Source: Amoebidium appalachense (Eukaryota; Protista; Ichthyosporea). Taken from it: 64,000 nt of DNA. A program made the position numbers and the translations under genes. Numbering within the stretch: the first letter of the stretch is position 1; every line of letters begins with the position of its first letter. This document shows, one piece after another, positions 33,061 through 64,000 of the stretch. The notes below the pieces were generated by a model. The model was not told the origin of the DNA and did no database searches. It saw only the letters and a list, made by a program, of their open reading frames with translations. The stretch spans positions 5,344,889 to 5,408,888 of the forward strand of contig CAVNZM010000012.1 in the NCBI GenBank assembly GCA_963693365.1. Reading direction: 5' to 3'.

Positions 33061-34644
33061 ATGGCCGACAAGCAGGCTCAGCACCACTGGAGCAAAGAGT
33101 AAGTGTATTTTTTACTTGGCGCCTGCTTTTTTCCGCTGCACCTTTGGCTAAGTTTAAGCGTCGCTAGAAGCTATCATTGAGACTGGAATCTGGTCAGCCT
33201 CGGCTGAGTTCAGCCCCATTTGCTCTCCCCATTCACACAAACGTTCTTGGAATTCCCTTATGCCCTATTCCCTCCCTCCACCCGTGCCTTCTCTTTTTCG
33301 TGTGTGGAATCTAGGTGTAGGCTTGCTGGACCACAAATGCTGTTGCTCTACCAGAAGCCCACGAGCCTCGTTTTTCTGTTCTACCCATGGGCTTCCAGCA
33401 TCTTGCTCCTTGGCAGCCCCTATTACGGCTGGCCCAGAACTTGTGTTGTTTCTTTTAGATTAGGCTTCTGGTTGACTCTGCCACTCAGCTCCAAGGCCAA
33501 GGAGGCAGCCGATTCAAGGGAGTACGACATTTGGGCGGAATATGACGTGAACATCGTTTACCAGTGGCTGTTTGAGGTAAAATAATCCACCACCGTTGAA
33601 GTTTTCCTTTGTATGGATAGCTGAGGGTCTTCTTGTGTACTACCCGGCCCATTTGAGAGTCTCATAATTAGCGGCTCGTTTCTCCTTGCAGGCAAGTGCA
33701 CACAAAGTAAACTAGTAATGAAGTTGTGGCGCTATTTTTAGACTTCCTGGGTGATCTCTTTTTGGTCGCTTTCACTACTCGAGAGGCTGGGGCCTCAGGA
33801 GCGCTTCTTGAAGCTTTCTCGCCAGATCATTTTTAGGGGAAATCAACTTTTGGGGGCTCAGGGCACGTGCCTGCCGTTGTTTTTGCACCTTTTCTGAAAA
33901 CAACCTTTCATGTCTTCCTTTTTTTTCGGATGGATGTCTCCTGACAAGAATACAGGCAAAGACCCGTATTCCCAACAAGACCAACACAAAGGGAGGACGT
34001 CTGCACAAGCTCATCAACACCATGTACAACAGCTGCGACTATGCCAAATCAGTGAGTGTTGTCCTTATACTAAAAGCTGTTTTCCCATACGAGGTCCACA
34101 TTCGAAAAGTGTGCTAAGCTTGAAGTTCCAAATGCACGGGATGGGGGCAATGCTTGGTTACATTTTGGAACCGTACAAGTGATATCTGTATCGATCTGGG
34201 TTACACCGGAGGAAGAAGGCAGAAATTGGCAAGCAGCATGGTGTCTAGGGGGCGTGGTGTTTCCTTTCTCTTAGTGTGTGTGTGTGTGTGCTAAGTACAA
34301 GGGGGCGGGGTGTGTGTGTGTTAGAGGGAGGGGGGCCGGGGGGGGGGGGGGGTTCAATACGTGGAACTGGTGGTGAGACTACGTAACTCGCTGCCGCCTG
34401 TTTGACTAGTCATTTCACCGGTGGGTCTCATAGCAATTTGCGAAATTGCCGGCATGTTCTGATTTGATATTTTCTTCCTCTGCAGGTGATCGACAGCAAT
34501 CCAGAGGCGGTGTCAAGACTGGAATCAGTGCAAAAAGAGACTATCAAGCAAGAGATCTATCGGGTATGTTAACAATTTTCCTTGGTGTTCCTAGATGGTG
34601 TCTCGGCCTACTTTGCGATAGGTTCTAGGGAAACTTGTAAGCTT

Positions 34645-34680
<36 letters not shown>

Positions 34681-35128
34681 CGTCCCCCCTCCCTCCTCCC
34701 CCATTCCCTGTTAGGGAAATAGGATGGGAGTGGTGCTAAGATTCAAGGAATTTCGGCTCGTGATCTTACCTAACACTCCCTCCCTCCCTACACACACGTG
34801 TGCACACACCGTGACACAAAATCTAAATAGTTTCGAAAAAGACGGGGAGAAAGGAAAGAAAGGTAGGTAAACAAGAAAGCCTTCGGAAGGAGAAAACATT
34901 AATGATACATTTCTTTGTCTTCGTAAATTTCTGCTAAACTAAAAAATTCCATGCTTTTCTGAGCACGTGCATTGGACTCCTGTAATCGGTGCAGTGGACG
35001 TGCACTAACTCTTTTCCGTGTCCTTGCAGAACTACATGGCACCGCTTGCGCAGAAGGTTCTGGAGATTCTGGAGGACGAGGAGGCCAAGGTAGCCGACAG
35101 CGACGAGGACGATGACGACTACTATTGA
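33061..35128 (+). CDS. Hypothetical 132-aa protein (paralog A), 5 exons
   Basis: Exons 33061-33098, 33489-33576, 33956-34051, 34486-34563, 35030-35128 give MADKQAQHHWSKDSKAKEAADSREYDIWAEYDVNIVYQWLFEAKTRIPNKTNTKGGRLHKLINTMYNSCDYAKSVIDSNPEAVSRLESVQKETIKQEIYRNYMAPLAQKVLEILEDEEAKVADSDEDDDDYY*. Supported by exon-level conservation with paralog B. Confidence 0.85.
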
Positions 35129-35539
35129 GTCACGAATGTAGCTGTTAGCCCTAAAAGGAAACACTCCCAGCACGAAGCTCACTTTAGTATTAGTGAATTC
35201 AGGTCATGATGCCACTATTCTGTAACAGTTTGTAATGTTTTGAGAAGTTCAACCCCGGTGGTTATATATCATCAGTAATTCATATTGCAATCTTTCGAAA
35301 CGGGATTCCAAAACAGGTGAAATATTTGGGATGTTCTCATGGCCAAGCACACATGTCCAAGCAAAATGTGAATCGCAAGAGTAATGCTTGTGGCAACATG
35401 AGCCCAATCCTTGACAGTATTGCCTGGTGCAACGGGGCATTAGTAAAGATTAGTATGAATAATGGTTCAACCACGGCTCAACTGGTCAGCAGCAGCATAT
35501 GCAGCAGCAACAAAGTTAACACCAACAGCGCCATTCCAC

Positions 35540-37400
<1,861 letters not shown>

Positions 37401-38725
37401 AAGATTATTAACACCCATACCATTCTTCGTTCAATATGCAGACTTTCCATGTTAGATATCGTATTCTGAGGCTGCTAACGCCTGCTTATCGGATTCAATA
37501 GCACGTGTGCTGTCACAGACTGAGTGTTTATTGTGGCTCTAAATCCCTCGAGTTTGGCTTTACACGAAAACCATTGACAGCAGTTTTCGTGGAATACTTT
37601 GGGCTCTAGACATGACATAACTGGCATCTCGTGGTGGGCTGTCAGCTGCCAATCCGTGCAGACTGTGGGCTCAAAAAAAAAAAGATAGCCACCTCAAAGC
37701 CAAGGCTTAAGCTTGTCGGTCGTCTGTTTACCTGCTCTCGTTCAGTTGGTTTGTAGGGTTCTAAAATTTCTTCGTTGGTTTCGAAGTCTGACGGTAGACG
37801 TCTCGGCAAATTTAAAAGGTGAGGAACTACAGGAAGCCTGGAGGAGGTAGAACTCCTGCTTGATAGCCCAAGGTGCTTGTTCATGATGATATGAAGTGTG
37901 GACGTGACTTGTGTAGGTTGCTGCACACCAGCTACCAAGCAACTTACTGTTGCCAGTTGGCCCACGGTTCGTTTGATAATGGTAATTTTCTCAAACTTAA
38001 AACTCAGTCGGCATGTGTTATGTTCCTTAGGCAACACCGTACTGATCATTATCGCTTTTTGGGAGCTTTGGCAGGATATATTTCTCCTGCTGTACGTATG
38101 GATACCACCCTAGTAGATAAGTCTGTATGGTGCTCATGTGTTGATATTGCCTGGGAAGTTGTGCAGTACTAGTGGCGTTGTAATTTTTGTTTCCATCGCC
38201 GCTGGTGCCACTTCCGTGCTGAACTTTTAATCGCAAGCATGTTGATAGGTGTGAGTTTTTATGTCGCGTTTTACCTCTTCAACTACGGGTGTCTGCTACA
38301 CTGGCTGGCAATGTGACCGCTTTAGACTTTTTGTTGAATTCTGTTGGTCGTCACATTGAGTATTTATATGATTTTCACACAGTGTTCAGGTATCTCAGTA
38401 TGCACTTGTTACTGGATAACAGTGAAGTTTTTATTGTCTTCTCAGTATGCCGTGCATACTTGCATATCTTTCCGTCGAATAAATCCAGTCAAAAGAAAAA
38501 AACTTAATTAGTTGTGTACTGAGGCATTCAGAGCTCAGAGACTTCCTTGTTCCCTATGCGGCTACGGTAGAAATCTCAATGAGTTGACATGTAAAGAGTG
38601 CATAATGTAAGTTGTAGAGGTTGCATCGACGAGAACCTAGGGCCTTTCAGCAACTCTGACCATTTTTGCTTGCAGGTTTTCAACTTGCCAATCCCTCATT
38701 GTTGCAGCTTGAGAGGTCGGCAAGA

Positions 38726-39146
38726 ATGTCTGAGAAGCACTACTGGAGCAACGAGTAAGTACCTCATGTCCACTGGGCACAAAGGCTTTTGTTGCTAAAC
38801 TCAAGGCCATTACACCAGTACCGTCGTTTCGTTAATTAGAAGCTACTTTTTGGGCTTTGAACCTCGGGCCTGCATAATATGTACACTTTTGGACAGCAGC
38901 TACCTCGGAGATCCAGCCTGCTGCTCTGTCTCTTTCCATTAACACAACACTGGTCTGATATCTCCCTGACAACACACTCGTTTTCCTGCAGGTGATGTTG
39001 CCTTCTCTTTTTTGCCTATTGTTTCAATCTGAGTACACGGGGGACTTTTTGTCGAGTCAGACTGAAATTAAGTGAAAGTGTATTTCAAAATAGGGTCTAA
39101 ATTTTCGGGATGGCATCACGGCATCATGTTCTCTCTATCCTCGTCG

Positions 39147-39195
<49 letters not shown>

Positions 39196-40135
39196 GGTGG
39201 GGGGGGGGGGGGGGGGGCGAGGGAGGAACCAGGGGGGGAGGGGGGAGGGGAGAAGGGGCAGGGAGAGGGGGAGGGGGGGGAACTTTGGAAACCCATCAGG
39301 GTTGGTGCTATAGCTAGACAACTGGTTGACAAAACACCCTTACACACATGCATACCTTCCACTCAGCTCCATGGCCAAGGAGGCAGCCGAGTCAAGTGAG
39401 TACGACATCTGGTCGGACTTTGATGTCGATATCGTCTACGACTGGCTGTTGGAAGTAAAATAGTCCTTCACATTCGTTTCAATGATGAACTTCTTTGATT
39501 TTGGTGAAGATAACCTGTGTATCTTGTATTTAAGAACCGATTGCTCGTTTCCCCTATGATTTTAGGCTGAGACACACACTATGTGGTTGCTACTATGTAT
39601 GATGGTATTAGTCAAAAAAGGCTTCGCGGCCTCTAGAGCATAACGTAGTGCTTTTCATGTTTTTATGTGATTTGAACCTTTTGCCTTTTTGTTAAGGTCA
39701 TATAATATCAGCACCGCTGCCTCTTATATTAGTGTAATGCTTAGTGGGCACCATCCCCAGAAGACCGTATACCAGTGTACTTTCTAAGCTTGAGCCCGTC
39801 AACAGACATTGCAGAACGATGGGACTAGATAATTTACAAAAGCACTAGGGGGGTAAGCTTGTAAAATTTCAAAGATTAAAATTTCCAAGACTATGGGGGT
39901 CCGGTTACGAATTTTCTCCTGTTGAACGAGGGGGGTCTAACGTAGTGTGGCGAGGCTGTGGGGCTTGGGGTGGTGGGGTGTGCCTGGTATTCCATATCGT
40001 GTAGTGTGGTGGCGGCTGCAGTGCAATTTGTCTACATAGGTGGTGTGGGTTGCACTTTAATTTCCGGTGTGTGTCTGCATTCGGGGCATGCCGGTAGGTG
40101 TGTGTGTGCATGTGTGTGGTGGTGGTGGTGGTGGT

Positions 40136-40181
<46 letters not shown>

Positions 40182-40579
40182 TTCCGTTTTTAACATCACA
40201 GCAGTTTGCCCCCTTTAAGAAACCTTCGCGCACGCTTGTTTGTTCACGGATGTATGCCGCACTTCTGATACTGGTTAATATCCAGCTGCAGGCAACGACC
40301 CGCAAACCCAACAAGACCAACAGAGACGGAGGGCGTCTGCACAAGCTGATCAACACCATGTTCAACAGCTGCGACTATGCTCGTTCGGTGAGTGTTTTCA
40401 ATACAAGTCCACATAATATCAGAAAGTGTGCCTGCAAAATTTAAATTCACGGGATGGTGAACATTGCTTAGACAAGAAGAGGACATGTACAAGTGACTTG
40501 TGCGAAAATGTAATGGTACTAGGCAGCGATTCTGAATGTAGTACCGTGCCTGGTCTACTAGTAGGTTGCACGCCAGAGT

Positions 40580-40662
<83 letters not shown>

Positions 40663-41077
40663 GGTGCAGGCGCGCCCGTGCATGTGCATGTGTGTGTGTG
40701 TGTGGTTATTTTATTTTTGCTGATATCGCACGCCCTTTCCGCACCCACAGGGGGGGAGGGGGGAGGGGGGGGGGGGAGGGGGAAGGCGGGGGAGGGGGAG
40801 AGGAAAGGGGGAGAAGGGGAGGGAGGAGGCGGGGAGGGGAGGCACTGCTGCTTTGGGGTCAATATAGGGATGTGGCCAGGTGAGAAAAACTCAATGAGGC
40901 CTGATTTTATTCGTCAAGTCGAAGGATCCAGGGGCTTTGGGCGGGTTGTTTGCAGTGTCTGATATGGTTTATCGCCCTTTGCAGGTGATCGAAAACAACC
41001 TGGAGGCGGTGTCCAGGCTGGAGTCAGCGCACAAAGATGCTGCAAGGCAAGAAATCTATCGGGTAAGCTATGCATGA
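38726..41077 (+). CDS. Hypothetical protein paralog B, apparently C-terminally truncated (possible pseudogene)
   Basis: Exons 38726-38754, 39367-39454, 40292-40387, 40985-41062, with the same intron phases as paralog A and the same lengths for exons 2-4. 64 of 88 residues are identical to A over those exons. No intact exon 5 was found; read-through into intron 4 gives VSYA* (TGA ends at 41077). Confidence 0.75.
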
Positions 41078-42790
41078 GTCCCTCTCTAGGTGGTGTGTCG
41101 ACCCTTATTTGTGACAGATTTAAATACACAACACGCACACACGCACACACACACACACGTACACACGCACACACATGCGCACACACTCACACACGCACAC
41201 ACGCATACACGCACACAAACACACCATCACCTACATCCAAACACACCCTCACACACACCCAGACCAGAGATATGCACGGACAGTCTCCCCCCCCCCACTT
41301 CCCCCCTCTCCCCCTCCTCCCCTTGCCCCCCCCCCCCCCCCCCCGCCCCTCCCCCCCGCGCCCCTCTCCCCTCCCCCCCCCCCCCCCCCTCTCCCCTTAA
41401 GAAAAATTTGGGGCAAGGTGAATGGGTCGAAACTGAGTCTCGGATATTTTGTATGCCCCCCCCCCCCCCCCCCCCCCCCCCCTTCTCCCTTCTCCCCCCC
41501 CCCCCCCCCCCTTCCCCCCTCCCCACTCTCCTGTTCCCTCCCCCTCCCTCTGCGCCCTCCCTCTGTGAGAATGGGTCTACTTCAAGTTATGCATGCTCTT
41601 TGCCACGTTTTCAAATATCTGCTTCAAGTTGTCGGTCGTGAATTGTATGCTTAGTGTTCAATTGTAGCAACAATTTCTAAGCCTCCCCCCCTCCCCCCGA
41701 CTCTTTGCCATTGAGCTGTGATATATGCTCAACCAGATTTATGAGGGGAAAAAACAGGGGGGGGAGGGGGGGGGAAGGATCAGAAAAAGGGGGGGGATAA
41801 GGGAGGGAAAAAAGGGATTCTCTCAGACCTTTGAATTCTTGCACCACTCCAAAACAAAAAAAGGGTTGTTGAATGTGTTGGATTGTGTTACCACCTGCAC
41901 ATCTCATATACATATGTGAACATTTCATCGTCTAAATAAAGTCGGTGGATGAGCCCAATGTCCTGATACGGTGCCCGATGCAACAATTGCAACGGGAACT
42001 GGTTAACTTTGTTCTGTCTTTTTTTTTTTTTTTTGGAACGCTGCATGCAATTGGTCATGGCTTCACCTAGTGTTCGTCATGGGCTCAACCTTTGCTTCGA
42101 AGGCTAAAGATTATTCAACGGATTCAACGTCGGCACACACTGTGCAATGTGCCTTTTTAATCACGATCATCCACGACACTGCCCATGGCCATGGGTAATA
42201 TTCCAAGCATTCCCGTTCACACTGATAACCACACCACACCATGGCCCATATGTATATACCACATACAAAAACACCTACAGCACCAATATATTACACAACT
42301 TGCATACTCACAACTTGATGTGCAGCGCTTATAAAATGAGACATTCCACGGGGCTGCACCATTAGATTGCACCAATCATGGTACTTTTAGTAACTGCGTT
42401 TTTGGTTTTCACCAATCATCTTGCACACATTGTTAATTTTCCCGGGCCGCACTAAAAAGTGAGCCAGCACTTCGTCGCAGACTCGCAGTTTCAGTTTCAT
42501 TATTATTATTTTTTTCCTTCAAAAGGTCTTGGACATGGGTTTCTTGGCTTGCTGAATTGACTGTGAGACAAAGAAAGCACTTTGGCAAGATATTGGAGGG
42601 AAGGGTAGTAGTAGAGGAGCGCGGTGCTGCATCCCTTGGCTGTGCAGCTGTTGAGCGGCCTGCCAAGGAACCCAGGGTTATACTCTGCTAGGTGATCTCA
42701 TACATACATCGTTTCTCACAACTTAAGGGTTATGGTGACAAGAGAGAGTTTCCATAGTGAGTTTCTGCTTTTGCGTATACAGGCAGCTCC

Positions 42791-42811
42791 ATGGAGCTCA
42801 AAGCAGGCTAG
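42791..42811 (+). promoter_or_regulatory. Short upstream ORF (MELKAG*) in frame with the F-BAR/RhoGEF start
   Basis: ATG GAG CTC AAA GCA GGC TAG, 9 nt before the main ATG at 42821 and just after a likely acceptor (tatacag, 42782). Confidence 0.4.
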
Positions 42812-42820
42812 GCAGCAACC

Positions 42821-62328
<19,508 letters not shown>

Positions 62329-63496
62329 TTATAGTAGTTTAGGGTGAGGTGAATGCAGAATGTGGGGGGGGAAACACGCAGCGGCCGCTGCACAGAAACA
62401 GTTTTTTGCAGTTGTAATTGGCAGTTGGAATCGAACCGGTTTTTCGATTTCCACCAATCGTAATCATATGTGATTGTGCTGATATGGTATTATTAGATTA
62501 CCGGATATGTCCATGGCATGAATCTAGAATATTGTAACAAATGATATTGATTTCCTATCATCCAACAACTGGTTCGATGGATAGCAGAGGGTCTGTAACA
62601 GTGAGATAAGGGCATTGATACCCTCGAGCGCAATGATTTATATTTATAAATATTTAGTAAAGAGTGGCCCAGTGTTGTAGCTACTGTAAATCCTACCAGT
62701 GTCTTCTTGGGCACTGGGGGTCTCGGTGTGGTGACCCAAGGTATTTAATAAATATATACTGCACCTCAGCTGGCAGCTGTGAGGTAGCTACTTATAGGTT
62801 TGATAACGTGATGATTTTCATTTTATGTATTGGGCGCACAAACAATGATCGATGCGTTGCTAAAAATAGCATCATGTGGTGCAGGGGCCCCTTTTGCTGT
62901 TACGTAATCAGTTTTATACCTATGATCGAGCAATGATCGACTGTCCAAACACAACGGCAACACAGGAATAAACTGCATTTGTAAAAAATCGGTGACTACT
63001 TTGAGTAGCTGTGCAATTATTAAAATTATCATATCTGTATGGCATGATATTCCTGGTAACTAAGTCACATATTGTTATACAGCACAACACATCCGATCAG
63101 GCTAGGGGGCCCATGGAGCACATACAAAGATATATCTCAGCAGAGGCTGTGCACACAGGGGAGAGAGAGAGGCCCTCGGAGAACGGGGGGAGGGGGGGGG
63201 GGGGGGGGGGGGGGGGAGGGGAGGGGGGCGGGGGGGCACGAGGAAGAGAGAAGCACACAGAGAGAAGGCACGAAGGGAGAGAGAGAGAGATGCAGTCACA
63301 ATTGAGAAGTGAACACATGTAAGCAGACAAACAGAATCAAGTAAAAATTGTAAACTTCAAAGCTCTTGCAATTCTAGCACACGGACTTACGTACTCCAAC
63401 ATGATTGCAGTACACACACGTGCACACACACATATATACTAAGTTCATGGGCCTTTTGCGCAGAGCCAGTGACTGTGCCCGTGCCGCCGCATGATA

Positions 63497-63531
63497 TCAA
63501 ACAACAGCAACCGAGTCCTCATCTTCGGAAT
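63497..63531 (-). CDS. Possible terminal exon of a minus-strand gene starting right of the window
   Basis: Acceptor ttctcag followed by (D)SEDEDSVAVV*; another frame (IPKMRTRLLLFDIM...) is also open. No family recognised. Confidence 0.2.
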
Positions 63532-63952
63532 CTGAGAACGGTTATACGATATTAGTAGTGGTACGCGATCATTTATTTCCAATGTATTAACCAGGGCAGG
63601 TTGCCACTTAACTTTTTAATTAGCTATGTAAAGATGCTTGATACATGCCGTTGCAACTGGGAGCCCGGGCGGTTGCAATTGATTCCCAAAGCAGGCCAGC
63701 ATTGTTTATGTACATGTGCCACAAGGCAAACCCGGATTCGGAAATTGACCTGGCTGACAGTTCTCGGCAGGAAGTTCTTTCGAGACAAGCCAGCTCAATA
63801 AGGTACATATATTGGAATAGCAATAACCTTTACCATGTATCCAATATACGCACAAAATATAATACTACATTAATGCACAGTGACTTTCCACCAGCTCTTT
63901 TCACCTGGGTCATTTCAGGAAAACGGTAAGAGTAGTGGGTTAACGCTCATGA

Positions 63953-64000
<48 letters not shown>

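Overview
Intron-rich eukaryotic DNA, probably a unicellular holozoan (inferred from the IQSEC/BRAG-type and FCHSD/srGAP-type genes). Introns are packed with (CA)n/(GT)n and poly-C/poly-G tracts, so almost every ORF in the supplied track is a low-complexity artefact. Splicing exons by hand (GT-AG, phase-consistent) gives six genes: (1) the 5' part of splicing factor ISY1 (-); (2) a divergent 9-exon BtuF/TroA-like cobalamin/Fe-siderophore-binding protein (+); (3) a 23-exon IQSEC-like Arf-GEF with an apparent RGS-IQ-Sec7-PH-GAT architecture (-); (4,5) two tandem paralogs of an unrecognised ~130-aa protein, the second apparently losing its last exon (+); (6) a ~24-exon F-BAR + DH-PH Rho-GEF with a long Pro-rich tail (+). 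A ~186-bp hairpin-forming repeat occurs six times, always intronic and always sense to the host gene. Many 3' splice sites have (CA)n or purine-rich sequence instead of a U-rich polypyrimidine tract, and some introns have complementary ends. All domain calls are by eye, without HMM searches, and homopolymer lengths may be distorted by assembly.
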